Shown: positions 51,093 to 60,896 of the stretch, one piece after another
Layout: every line of letters begins with the position of its first letter
How positions within the stretch are numbered: the stretch's first letter is position 1
Source: a bacterium
GTDB lineage: Bacteria; UBA8248
Direction: 5' to 3'
Length of the DNA: 64,000 bases
NCBI GenBank assembly: GCA_965203325.1
Contig: OZ241875.1
Span: 2,720,001-2,784,000 of the forward strand
Position numbers and translations under genes: made by a program
The notes under the pieces: model-generated
Database searches by the model: none
Told to the model about the DNA's origin: nothing
The model's input: the letters and a program-made list of their open reading frames with translations, nothing else

Positions 51093-51794
51093 TTGAAAAA
51101 GTCCTGCAATGCCGGAATGATGGCAATGGGATTCCGCCTTGGCGAAGGGAGTGTAGGGGCCGCATATATGCGGCCCGTCGTTGGAAGGCAAAAAGGCCGG
51201 GTCGCATATATGCGACCCCTACACACAAGAGATCCGCCTGATGAAGGGTTTTTCAACAACCCCTTGATGCGGTGGGGGGTGAAATGCGTTTTATCGCCAT
51301 TCCGAATTACACCCCCCACCGAATCGCTTGCGGGCTTCGCCCTTAGCTCTTCGACTCCCCCTCAAGGGGGGAGTTGATTGCATATCTTGCGCGTGGAGGG
51401 ATGACCCTCAAGAGGGGAGTGTATCTTGCTTGTTCATCGAGGCTTTTTCATACCCCCCTTGACAGCGAACAAAGGCAACCCCCCAACCCCCCTTATCAGG
51501 GGGGCCTTTTTCTCTTTCATGCCCCCCTGTCAAGGGGGGGTAGGGGGGGTTGGTTTTCGAGTCAGGGAGAGCAGGCGGGTTGGTTTTCAAGCCGGGGGCG
51601 CATTTGCCCGCATTTGCCGTGCTCGGTGAAAACCGGCGCTGCGCTATCGTGCGCGCGACGCGGGGAAGGGGTTTTTCCCCGGCGGATTGAGGCGCAGGCG
51701 GAGGAGGCTTTCTCATGGGATGGGGTGATGGAGCGGGGAAGCGTAACGGGAATGGATTCAGGGACGGCATGAAAATAAAAATAATGATATTTTC

Positions 51795-51922
51795 GATAAA
51801 ATCAGATAAATTCAAGGGGTTTTTCGATAAATTCCTGAAAATTTCTGACTATTCAAATGATTGTAATAAAAGGAGTTACCATATAAACCTGAGCGTCCCG
51901 CACTCAGATATGGCGCAAAAAA
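51795..51922. repeat. AT-rich dispersed repeat, copy 2
   Basis: Colinear direct copy of 3166-3293 (offset 48,629 bp). Confidence 0.85.
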
Positions 51923-52111
51923 AAGTTTTTCGCCGCCCCCCGCATTTGCCCGCAACAGCCCGCATTTCCTCCCGCACCGCATCACGCCGGCAAAGCCTCA
52001 TTCATCAATCGGCTTTGACCCCCGCAATTGCGCGCATTCGCGCACTCGCCCGGGGCGTCCGCCCGGCCCGGCACAAGGCATTGATGATACGGGCGTTCGG
52101 GTAGCGAGCGG

Positions 52112-52498
52112 CTAGCCGGGGCGCAGGACGCTCCTGGCCTTCTCCCCTTCGGGCGTCACGGCGAGCACCTCGAGACTCGGCCGCGCGGGAGACCTCGTGA
52201 GCAGAAGCTCCACGGGCTCATCCAGCGCCATGATCTCGTGCACCTCGCCGGGGCGGAACTGCACCAGATCGCCGGGCGCGGCTTCCAGTATCTCCCCCTC
52301 CACGGCCAACCGCAGCCCGCCCTTCAAGAGATAGAGGAACTGCTCGTCATGGTGGTAATGAGGGTTGGAATGGCCCCCCGCCTCCATGCGGAAATAACCG
52401 ATGGTGGTATGGGCGCCGTCGACCCAGGCGGCGTCTGCGGTCACGTAGTCGGCGGCTTTCCCCTGGTTCTGCGCGGCGAGATTTCTGTAGATCGGCAT
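52112..52498 (-). CDS. Cupin-2 domain protein
   Basis: PHYHHDEQFLYLLKG and PGD...F.PGEVH metal-binding motifs; RBS AGGAG; divergent from the paralogue array. Confidence 0.85.
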   Translation of the reverse strand: MPIYRNLAAQNQGKAADYVTADAAWVDGAHTTIGYFRMEAGGHSNPHYHHDEQFLYLLKGGLRLAVEGEILEAAPGDLVQFRPGEVHEIMALDEPVELLLTRSPARPSLEVLAVTPEGEKARSVLRPG

Positions 52499-52649
52499 GG
52501 AATAAACTCCTGTAGTTGAGGCGTTTACGGAAGATGGAGCGTCAGACGCATTCTAACGACACCGACTCGCAATCTGTCCAGCGCCCATGTATATTTGAGC
52601 GGCATGAGGAGTGCATCCCTCACTTCACAAAGTAATTCGGAGGCATTTC

Positions 52650-53684
52650 GTGAGCACTTCTCCCGCGGATGAGTTCGAGTATTTCTTCGACAAGCCCTGG
52701 TCGGACGGTCTTCCGGTCATCCCCCCGACGGAGGAGCGCCTGGGCCTCATGCTGGCGGGCACGAGCCGCGACCCGGACGAAGTGCTGGGCGACGTGCCCC
52801 CGTTATTGGCGCAGGCGGACGTTCGGACCATCGCCGCTCATGCCGTCATGGCCGGGTGCAAGCCGGCGTATATGCCCGTCCTCATCGGCGCCGTGGAGGC
52901 GATTCTGGAGGAAAAGTTCAACGTGGGCGGCGTGCAGGCGACGCTCTCCTGCGCGGCCCCTCTTTTGATCGTGAACGGCCCATACGCGGGGGAAATCGGC
53001 CTGCACGGCGGGCTCGGCTGTTTCGGCCCCGGGAATCGCGCCAACGCGACGATCGGGCGCGCCATCAGGCTTTTGCTCCTGAACATCGGCGGCGGAATAC
53101 CGGGCATCACCTCGATGAGCACGTTCTCTCAGCCGGGCAGGTTCACGTACTGCATCGCAGAGAATGAAGCGGAAAGCCCCTGGGAGTCTTTCGCGCAGAC
53201 GCAGGGTTTCGATGCGGGGGAGGATGTCGTCACCGCCGTGCACGTGGAAGGCCCCGTCATGTCCTGGGACGACGTGAGCGACGACCCAGAGCGCATGTTG
53301 CCCTCCATTGCGGACACCATGTCGCATCTGGGTTCGTGGAACTGCTGGGCCAACACGGATCTCGTGGTGGCGATGAGCCCGCAGCAGGCCGCGATTTGCG
53401 CCAAAAAGGGGTATTCAAAGGCGGATGTTCATGGGCGCCTTTGCGAAATCGCGGGCCGCACGGTGGGCGAACTCAAGACGGGGGGTCATTACCGGGAGAA
53501 CCGCATCAGGGACTTCCCGTTCCCCGTCGATCTGGATGATGACGATGCGTTCGTTCCGACGATCAAAGAGGCCGGGAGGCTGCTCCTGATCGTGGCGGGC
53601 GGGGTTCCGGGGCCGATTACGGCCGTCATGCACGGCTGGAACGGCAGCAGCCGCTCCGTCTCCCGCGCATTTGAGTCGTCGTGA
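52650..53684 (+). CDS. Uncharacterised WSDGLP-motif protein, paralogue 1 (UGSC-partner type)
   Basis: DEFE.FF.K.WSDGLPV.PPT, AVMAGC.P, IVNGP, GC.GPG.RAN.TIGRA.RL, C..EN...SPW, LIVAGG; GTG start after GGAGG. Confidence 0.85.
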   Translation: MSTSPADEFEYFFDKPWSDGLPVIPPTEERLGLMLAGTSRDPDEVLGDVPPLLAQADVRTIAAHAVMAGCKPAYMPVLIGAVEAILEEKFNVGGVQATLSCAAPLLIVNGPYAGEIGLHGGLGCFGPGNRANATIGRAIRLLLLNIGGGIPGITSMSTFSQPGRFTYCIAENEAESPWESFAQTQGFDAGEDVVTAVHVEGPVMSWDDVSDDPERMLPSIADTMSHLGSWNCWANTDLVVAMSPQQAAICAKKGYSKADVHGRLCEIAGRTVGELKTGGHYRENRIRDFPFPVDLDDDDAFVPTIKEAGRLLLIVAGGVPGPITAVMHGWNGSSRSVSRAFESS

Positions 53685-53707
53685 TACCCATATATATCAA
53701 GGGGTGA

Positions 53708-54742
53708 ATGGTTTTGAACGATCCTCAAGATGAATTCGAGTTTTTCCTGGAAAAACCCTGGTCGGACGGCCTGCCCGTCGTCACCCCGACCGAAGAGCGC
53801 ATCGAGCGCATGCTCTCGGGCACGAAGAGAAGCCCTGCCGAGGTCATCGGTCAGGTTCCCCCCGCCATGGGGGAGGCCACGGTCCACAGCGTGGCGGTGC
53901 ATGCCGTGATGGCGGGCTGCAAACCCGAATACCTGCCGGTCGTTCTCGGCGCCGCCTCCCTCATGCTTCGCGATGAATTCAACATGAACGGCGTGCAGGG
54001 CACGATGCACGGCGTGGCGCCCCTGATGATCGTGAACGGCCCGTATTCCGGGGAAATCGGCATTCACGGGGGCAATGGCTGTTTCGGCCCCGGCTTCAGG
54101 GCCAACGCCTCCATCGGCCGCGCGATACGCCTGATTTTGATGAACCTGGGCGGGGGCATCCCGGGCGTTTCTTCCATGACGATTTTCGGCACGCCGCTGC
54201 GCTATACCGCGTGCGTCACGGAGAACCTCCAGTTTCACCCCTGGGAGACGCTTGCCGAATCGAGGGGATACGGGGCGGAGGAGAACGTGATCACCATGGC
54301 CATGGTGGAAAGCCCGCGCCTGACCTTCGATGACGTCAGCGAGGAGCCCGGGAGGCTGCTCCGGGGAATCGCCGATGCGATGACGGGTCTGGGCTCCTGG
54401 AACATGCACGCGCCCAGAACCGACATGGTCGTCGCCATGAATCCCCAGCATGCGAAGATTTGCTCCGGTGGCGGCCTCACGCGCGCGGACGTGCACCGGC
54501 GGCTGTGTGAGCTGGCCGGCCACAAGGTGAAGGACCTGAAACAAGGCGGAAACTGGCGGCGTGAGCGCGCGCTGGCGATGTATATCCACACGGACCCCGA
54601 TGATGATGAGTTTTTCGTTCCCGTCATCAAGGACCCCCGTGACCTCCATTTGATCGTAGCGGGCGGCTGGGGATCGGGCAGTGCGGTCTGTCACGGGTGG
54701 AGCGGCGGCAGCCGCGCCGTTCATGGCGTGTATGAAGTGTAA
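53708..54742 (+). CDS. WSDGLP-motif protein, paralogue 2
   Basis: Same motif set as paralogue 1 over the full length. Confidence 0.87.
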   Translation: MVLNDPQDEFEFFLEKPWSDGLPVVTPTEERIERMLSGTKRSPAEVIGQVPPAMGEATVHSVAVHAVMAGCKPEYLPVVLGAASLMLRDEFNMNGVQGTMHGVAPLMIVNGPYSGEIGIHGGNGCFGPGFRANASIGRAIRLILMNLGGGIPGVSSMTIFGTPLRYTACVTENLQFHPWETLAESRGYGAEENVITMAMVESPRLTFDDVSEEPGRLLRGIADAMTGLGSWNMHAPRTDMVVAMNPQHAKICSGGGLTRADVHRRLCELAGHKVKDLKQGGNWRRERALAMYIHTDPDDDEFFVPVIKDPRDLHLIVAGGWGSGSAVCHGWSGGSRAVHGVYEV

Positions 54743-54783
54743 TGCCGGATTTCCCGCATTCCGTCTGGTAAAGTCATTTTCCA

Positions 54784-55800
54784 ATGGATGAATTCGAGTT
54801 TTTCTTTCAAAAACCCTGGTCGGACGGCCTGCCGGTAATCCCACCTACCCAAGAGCGAATAACCGCCATGTTTTCGGGTAGCAGGCTTGAAACCTCGGAA
54901 ATTATCGGTTTGGTGCCGCCCCTCATGGGAGAGGCGAGCGCCGAGGCGGTTGCCGCGCACGCCGTGATGGCGGGGTGTGAGCCTTCGTATTTGCCCCTTG
55001 TTATTGCAGGGCTTAGAGCGCTCCTTGCGCCGAAACTCAACTTGAACGGCGTACAGGGCACCATGCACAGCGCGGCCCCCCTGATCATCGTGAACGGACC
55101 CTATGCGAAAAAAATCGGCCTGCACGGCGGCACAGGGTGCTTCGGGCCGGGTTTTCGGGCGAATGCGACGATTGGACGCGCCATCAGGTTAATACTCATG
55201 AACCTGGGCGGCGGTGTGCCGGTTTCCGCCTCGATGAGCACGTTCGGCTCGCCTGCCAGATATACGTTTTGCATCGCCGAGAACGAAGCGGAAAGCCCCT
55301 GGGAGCCGTTGTCCGTCACGAGGGGATTTCAGCAGGATGAAGATGTCGTTACCGCCGTGATGACGGAAGCGCCGCAAGGCTATATCGACGATTATTCAAA
55401 AGAGCCGGAATCTTTTTTCGTGGGTCTGGCGGATAAAATATCCACACTGGGTTCCCTGAATATATGGCTGAAAACCCAGGTGGTCGTTGCTTTGGGTCCG
55501 GATCATGCGCGCATGTGCGCGGACGCGGGTCTGGATAAAAAAGATGTTCATCGCCGAATCATGGAACTCGCGCGCAGACCCCTGGGAGAGCTGAAAAAAT
55601 CGGGCTATTGGCGTGAGGAGATGGCAGCCAAGTGGCCATTTGACGTGGATCTGCAGGATAATTCGTATCTGGTACCGGCGATCAAGGATGAAGACGATCT
55701 GATTCTTCTCGTCGCAGGGGGTACGCCCGGCCCGGTGACTGCCGTCATGCCCGGCTGGGTGGATGGCAGCGAGGCGGTCTCGACGGATTATCAACCATAA
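54784..55800 (+). CDS. WSDGLP-motif protein, paralogue 3
   Basis: Same motif set over the full length. Confidence 0.87.
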   Translation: MDEFEFFFQKPWSDGLPVIPPTQERITAMFSGSRLETSEIIGLVPPLMGEASAEAVAAHAVMAGCEPSYLPLVIAGLRALLAPKLNLNGVQGTMHSAAPLIIVNGPYAKKIGLHGGTGCFGPGFRANATIGRAIRLILMNLGGGVPVSASMSTFGSPARYTFCIAENEAESPWEPLSVTRGFQQDEDVVTAVMTEAPQGYIDDYSKEPESFFVGLADKISTLGSLNIWLKTQVVVALGPDHARMCADAGLDKKDVHRRIMELARRPLGELKKSGYWREEMAAKWPFDVDLQDNSYLVPAIKDEDDLILLVAGGTPGPVTAVMPGWVDGSEAVSTDYQP

Positions 55801-55835
55801 GTCTTTCTGTCAGCTTTGCTTGTGAGGATGAACGT

Positions 55836-56855
55836 ATGGATGAGTTTGAGTTTTTCTTTGATAAAGAATGGTCGGACGGCCTGCCTGTCGTGACGCCCAC
55901 GGAAGAGAGAATCGGTTTGATGCTCTCGGGAACGACGAGGGAGCCGGGCGAAGCGCTCGGCCACGTAGCTCCGGCAGGAGGTGAACTCAGCATTCAAAGC
56001 GTGGCGGCCCATGCCGTGATGGCGGGTTGCAAGCCCGAATACATGCCGGTGTTGATTGCCGGGTTGGAAGCGCTTCTCGATGAGCGTTTCAACGTGAACC
56101 TGATTCAGGCCACAACGAGCGCGGGCGCTCCTTTTTTGTTGGTCAATGGCCCCTACGCCAGTGAAATCGGGCTACACGGCGGTGTGGGCTGTATGGGACC
56201 CGGTTTTCGCGCGAATTTGACCATTGGCCGCGCCGTGAGGCTCATTATGATGAACGTGGGAGGAGGTATTCCCGGGGTCACCTGTCTCGGCGGTTTTGGC
56301 GGCCCCTGGCGAAACACGTATTGCATCATGGAGAACGAGGAGGAATCTCCCTGGGAGTCATATGCGGAGTCCAAAGGGTTTTCTAAAAGCGATAACGTGG
56401 TGACCATGATTCCTCTCGAAGGGCCCGTGCAGGTATGGGACGATGCGAGCCTGACGCCCGACCGGCTTCTCACGACGGTTGCCGATATGATGTCCGCCTT
56501 GGGTGGGCCCAATATGTATCGCCAAGCGGATATGGCGGTTGTCCTGGGTGCGCAGCATGCGCATCTTTGCGCTGACGCCGGAATGACTCGCAGTGATGTC
56601 CATCAAAGACTATTGGAAATGGGTGGGCGCACCATCGGGGATATCAAGCGCGGCGGCATATGGCGAGGCGAAAAAGGCGCGGATCGCTGGCCGTTTCCCG
56701 TGGATGTAAATGATGACGATTTTTTCGTGCCAGCGGTTGGCGATCCCGACGATCTTCATTTAATCGTCGCGGGAAGCAGGGGTTCGCCCTCCAGTATGGT
56801 CATGCACGGAATCACCGTGGCGTGTCGGGCCGTGAAAAAAAAATTCAACTTGTAA
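55836..56855 (+). CDS. WSDGLP-motif protein, paralogue 4
   Basis: Same motif set over the full length. Confidence 0.87.
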   Translation: MDEFEFFFDKEWSDGLPVVTPTEERIGLMLSGTTREPGEALGHVAPAGGELSIQSVAAHAVMAGCKPEYMPVLIAGLEALLDERFNVNLIQATTSAGAPFLLVNGPYASEIGLHGGVGCMGPGFRANLTIGRAVRLIMMNVGGGIPGVTCLGGFGGPWRNTYCIMENEEESPWESYAESKGFSKSDNVVTMIPLEGPVQVWDDASLTPDRLLTTVADMMSALGGPNMYRQADMAVVLGAQHAHLCADAGMTRSDVHQRLLEMGGRTIGDIKRGGIWRGEKGADRWPFPVDVNDDDFFVPAVGDPDDLHLIVAGSRGSPSSMVMHGITVACRAVKKKFNL

Positions 56856-56964
56856 ATTTGTGTAGATATGCGGGCTGTAATGCCAGGATGGCGTGGCCGA
56901 AATAGCTGTGCTCCTTGCTAAATAAATCTTTGTGAAGCCAGAAATGTTTTGGTGTTTTCTATAG

Positions 56965-56996
56965 AAAAAGCCCCGGCAAAATGCCGGGGCTTTTTT
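56965..56996. terminator. Bidirectional intrinsic terminator
   Basis: AAAAAGCCCCGGCA-AAA-TGCCGGGGCTTTTTT between convergent genes. Confidence 0.88.
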
Positions 56997-57013
56997 GTGT
57001 GATTGGTGTTTAG

Positions 57014-59275
57014 CTAATGGCCGTTGCTTTTTCCATTTTTCTTCATGACCGCCCAGCAGACGCGCTCGGGCGTGATGGGCAGGTCGTAGACTTCCGTGCC
57101 TATCGCATCGTTGATGGCGAGGGCAACGGCGGCCGGCGCATTGTTGCACGGCGGCTCGCCGACGCCGCGTGCGCCGTATGGGCCTGCGCCTTCTCCACAT
57201 TCGAGAACAACAGACTCAAACTCGCCGATATCCGATGAAGTGGGAATCAGATACTCATGAAAGCTCTGTGATCGGCAGTCCCCTTCCACCATGGTGATTT
57301 CTTCGTGGAGCGCATAGCCAATTCCCATTACCGCGCCGCCTTCGAATTGCCCTTCCACGCTTTGAGGGTTCAACGCTCGTCCGACGTCATGGGAAGCGAC
57401 GTGCTTCAAGAGATTCACTTCGCCGGTTTCGATGTCGACTTCCACTTCGCTTGCGTGAACGCCAAAGGTGTAGTCCGACCATCCGCCCATGCCGTTCATG
57501 TATCGCTCCGGATTTTCATATTCATGTCCGGGCATGTTGTAACCATGCGTGCAATGCAGTGCCTCACCCATTTTTTTGGCTTCGCCAGCCGCAGCACCGA
57601 TGCCAACTCTTCTCTCGGGAGCGGAGGCTACCCATGCCTCCCCGCTTCCTACGCGAATATCCTCTTCAGCAGCCTCGAGCAACGAAGCGGCGCCTTTGGT
57701 CACGGCTTTCCGAACCTCATCTGCGGCAAGTCGAACGGCGTGCCCCGCCATGAGTGTTTGACGGGAGCCTGCCGTGATTCCCGAGAGCGGTGTTGTGGCG
57801 GAATCTGATAGACGAGTGGATACCTGATCGAGCCTGAGCCCCAGGGTTTCAGCCGTGATGCTTTGAAGCGTAGCGCCCTGGCCGGCGCCTATGTCCGGCG
57901 CGCTCACGCGAACTACTGCGCTGCCGTCCGGCTCGAGGTGGACCGCCGCATTCGCGTCGTCATTCGGCCTTCCGTAGCCGGTGATGTTCGCCGCCGCCGC
58001 ACGCCCAATGCGTTTCCCTGGGCCTGGTTCTGTGGGTTCGCCCAAGGCCTGAAGCGCACTGTCGAGGCATCCTTCCAGATTCGGTTCGTATGGTATTTTC
58101 TGTCCGGTCGGCAGTTCCTGGTTTTTCTGGATGAAATTTTTGCGCCTGAATTCGTATTTATCCATCCCGATGGCGTCTGCAACCAGGTTCATTTGGGTCT
58201 CATATGCGAAGCAAACCTGGTTCGACCCCACACCACGCATCGCGTTGGTGATGGGATTGTTGGTGAGATAGCCGTGCGCGCGTATTTTAGCGTTGGGCAC
58301 ATCGTAGGGGCCTGCAGCGATGCACATGGCGCCCAGGAGGAATAGATTGGATTTGTACGGATAGGCTCCAGCGTCACCCACGATATCCGCTTCTACGGCA
58401 AGAATTTTCCCGTCCTTGGTCGCTCCTGTTTTGTACCTCATATAGAAAGGATGTTTTTTCGAGGTGTTTCGGATGCCGTGCTCGCGGCCCAACACCATTA
58501 TGGCCGGTCTTTGCGTATGCCAGGTGAGTAATGCCAGGTAAGGTTCCACGGTCAGCATGCCCTTGGCGCCGAATCCGCCGCCGACATATGTGCCGAGGTG
58601 GCGGACGCGGCTATGCGAGATTCCTAAAATCGCCGCAATGGCGCGATAGTATTCAATTAGCTGTGTGCCGACGCGGATGGTGATGACGCCGTCTTCCTCC
58701 ATCCATGAAGTACCGGAAGCGGGTTCCAGGAAGGCGTGTTCAGCGAGTTGCGTGGTATATGTTTTCTCAATCACCACGTCGGCTTCGTCAAACGCTCTTT
58801 TTATGTCTCCACGTGTAGCTTCAAAGTCACACGCTTGTCGCTTCTCGGCGTTAGTTTCATCGTGACGCGTTGTCCACACGCCCTCTTCCGACTCGATTTC
58901 CAATTCGATCGCAGCTATCGCGGCATCAAGCGCTTCTCTGTTTTCGGCACCTACGATGGCGAGGGCATCTCCAGTAAATTCGATCTTATCTTCCACCAGC
59001 ACCGGCTGATGGGGCAGGCCCGGCGTCCCGGAGCCGAATCGCGCGTTTGTGCCTGGAATGTCCTTTGCGGTCAGAATGGCGGCTACGCCTGGAATTTTTT
59101 CGGCTTTAGAAGTGTCGAGTTTTTTGAGGCGGCCTACGGGGACGGGCGTAAACAATACGCCGCACTGCAAAGCGCCTGCGGGGATCGCGTCTTCTCCGTA
59201 GGGCATAGAGCCATCTGCTTTCGGAATGGCGTCGTATCGAACATTCGACTTGCCGATGATATCGTAATCGGCCAT
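57014..59275 (-). CDS. Xanthine dehydrogenase/CO dehydrogenase family molybdopterin-binding subunit
   Basis: EHAFLEP, VGGGFGAK, GPY, AMRGVG, DIGAG, AGSRQT, DVGRALNP..VEGQ..G, GARGVGEP; start MADYD after AAGGAG. Confidence 0.92.
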   Translation of the reverse strand: MADYDIIGKSNVRYDAIPKADGSMPYGEDAIPAGALQCGVLFTPVPVGRLKKLDTSKAEKIPGVAAILTAKDIPGTNARFGSGTPGLPHQPVLVEDKIEFTGDALAIVGAENREALDAAIAAIELEIESEEGVWTTRHDETNAEKRQACDFEATRGDIKRAFDEADVVIEKTYTTQLAEHAFLEPASGTSWMEEDGVITIRVGTQLIEYYRAIAAILGISHSRVRHLGTYVGGGFGAKGMLTVEPYLALLTWHTQRPAIMVLGREHGIRNTSKKHPFYMRYKTGATKDGKILAVEADIVGDAGAYPYKSNLFLLGAMCIAAGPYDVPNAKIRAHGYLTNNPITNAMRGVGSNQVCFAYETQMNLVADAIGMDKYEFRRKNFIQKNQELPTGQKIPYEPNLEGCLDSALQALGEPTEPGPGKRIGRAAAANITGYGRPNDDANAAVHLEPDGSAVVRVSAPDIGAGQGATLQSITAETLGLRLDQVSTRLSDSATTPLSGITAGSRQTLMAGHAVRLAADEVRKAVTKGAASLLEAAEEDIRVGSGEAWVASAPERRVGIGAAAGEAKKMGEALHCTHGYNMPGHEYENPERYMNGMGGWSDYTFGVHASEVEVDIETGEVNLLKHVASHDVGRALNPQSVEGQFEGGAVMGIGYALHEEITMVEGDCRSQSFHEYLIPTSSDIGEFESVVLECGEGAGPYGARGVGEPPCNNAPAAVALAINDAIGTEVYDLPITPERVCWAVMKKNGKSNGH

Positions 59276-59469
59276 TTGTCTGCTCCTTAAGGTAAGAGGT
59301 TTTCCGTAAATTAGGCTTGATTTTGCCAAAATTCGGCGAATCTGAGAAGCGGAAAAAACATCATTCGCATTTTCATCGGGAAATCGAATGGGCTGATATC
59401 GTAGACAATGAATGAATTGCGGGATATGATTTAGTCTCGGTTGAGTTCACATATCATTTGGAGAAAACC

Positions 59470-60000
59470 ATGGCGAACGGAATGGGATTCATCGATCCGA
59501 CGGCGGGAGGATCGGCCGCGCGAATCGAGCTTGCGCAACGGCCCGGCGATCTTTCGGGAAAGGTGGTGGGGCTCCTCGATAACACCAAGGAACAAGCGGA
59601 TATCATTTTGGAAACCTTGGGCAATGCACTTCGTGAGCAATACGACGTGGCCAGAGTCATTTCGAGGCGAAAAGAGCATTACTCGAAGCCTGCTACGGAT
59701 GAAATGATCGAAGAAATGGCCCAGGAGGTGGATGTGGCGATAGCCGCATTGGGAGGCTGAGGCTCCTGCACGTTGTGCAGTGTGCACGACACGGTTGAAT
59801 TTGAAAAACGGGGCATTCCTTCAACGACCATTATTACTGAGGCCTTCAAGAACGCGGCGGACTTTCAATTCCGCGGCAAGGGCATGGAAGGGCACCCTTA
59901 TATTGAGTTGCCTCACCCGGTCAGCAATCTACAGCCTGATGAAATGAGAGACACGACGCTCAAGTTTGTTGAAGAAGTGGCCAGCCATCTGAAAAGCTGA
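59470..60000 (+). CDS. UGSC-family selenoprotein (Sec at TGA 59758-59760), 176 aa
   Basis: ORFs 59458-59760 and 59773-60000 share a frame; readthrough gives ALGG-U-GSCTLCSVHD..EFEKRGIP...LPHP. N-terminal GLLDNTK motif; hairpin 3' of the TGA. Confidence 0.9.
59761..59790 (+). promoter_or_regulatory. Putative bacterial SECIS element
   Basis: Stem GTTGTGCA/TGCACGAC (59772-79/59783-90, one G-U pair) with loop GTG starting 20 nt after the TGA. Confidence 0.75.
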
Positions 60001-60039
60001 TTCGAATTGAGTTGAAAAGATATTTCCCAGGAGGGGCAC

Positions 60040-60822
60040 GTGCGCGAATTTGAAACATTATCCTATACGGAAGAAGATGGATTGGCGGTAGTGAAGTTCA
60101 ACCGTCCGGAGAGTCTGAACGCAATCAGCTTCAAGATGGCGGAAGAATTCGTGGAATTAACGCGAACTTTGGCCGACGCGCAAAATGTTCGCGTTGTGAT
60201 ACTCACCGGCGAGGGACGTGGTTTCAGCACGGGCCGAGACCTGAAAGAAAGCACTACGCATACGAAGGAGATGGCCGATCAATATCAGCGCTATGTGATG
60301 TCGGCGACATCGTTATGGGAACGCTTGCCCATGCCCACCATCGCCGCCATCAACGGTCATACGTTCGGCTGGGGTGTGGAAATTACCCTGGTATGCGATA
60401 TCAGACTCGCCGCGGAAGAAGCCACTCTTTGTTTTCCGGAATGCAGTTTGGGTATTTTCCCCGGAGCTGGTGGCGTGGTCTGGCTTCAAAGGGTCATGCC
60501 GGCCGGTCAGGCGAAAGAGTTGGTTTTCACGAGCAAGCGAATCGATGGCAAGGAGGCCGAGCGCATCGGTTTGGTGAACAAAGCGCATCCGCTGGATGTG
60601 TTGATGGATGAAGCCACTTCCATCGCGGAGAGGATCAGAGACAATGGCCCATTGGGTGTTCGTGGCGCGAAAAAAGTGATTGATCAGACACTCGATATGC
60701 CGCTCAGTCAGGCTATCGAGTTTTCCAACGCCCACAGGTTGCCATTGAATCACACCAAGGATTTCGCCGAGGCGCTGCAAGCGTTCAAAGAGAAGAGGAA
60801 ACCTGTTTTTACCGGAGAATAA
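60040..60822 (+). CDS. Enoyl-CoA hydratase/isomerase family protein
   Basis: NRPESLNA, GFSTGRDL, AINGHTFGWGVE, CD.R, FPE..LGIFPGAGG; both Glu positions present; GTG start after GGAGG. Confidence 0.92.
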   Translation: MREFETLSYTEEDGLAVVKFNRPESLNAISFKMAEEFVELTRTLADAQNVRVVILTGEGRGFSTGRDLKESTTHTKEMADQYQRYVMSATSLWERLPMPTIAAINGHTFGWGVEITLVCDIRLAAEEATLCFPECSLGIFPGAGGVVWLQRVMPAGQAKELVFTSKRIDGKEAERIGLVNKAHPLDVLMDEATSIAERIRDNGPLGVRGAKKVIDQTLDMPLSQAIEFSNAHRLPLNHTKDFAEALQAFKEKRKPVFTGE

Positions 60823-60850
60823 AAAGACGCCTAATCTTACTTGTAGTATC

Positions 60851-60879
60851 AAGCCTGTCCCTTAGGGGACAGGCTTTTT
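60851..60879 (+). terminator. Putative intrinsic terminator
   Basis: AAGCCTGTCCC-TTAG-GGGACAGGCTT followed by TTT. Confidence 0.7.
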
Positions 60880-60896
60880 GTTCATTGTGACTAAAT

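Larger units (their letters stand above)
49571..51556. repeat. Nested palindromic repeat array containing MITE-like element C (about 49690-51263) and IS256
   Basis: GGGGCTGTTGAAAAAG|TCC left end split by the IS; right end TTTTTCAACAACCCC; REP pair at 51152-51222; surrounded by the other repeat families. Confidence 0.75.

Noticed and set aside
53682..53708. Sec readthrough fusing paralogues 1 and 2
   Set aside because: The next gene is in a different frame and the TGA falls at the family's normal C-terminus.
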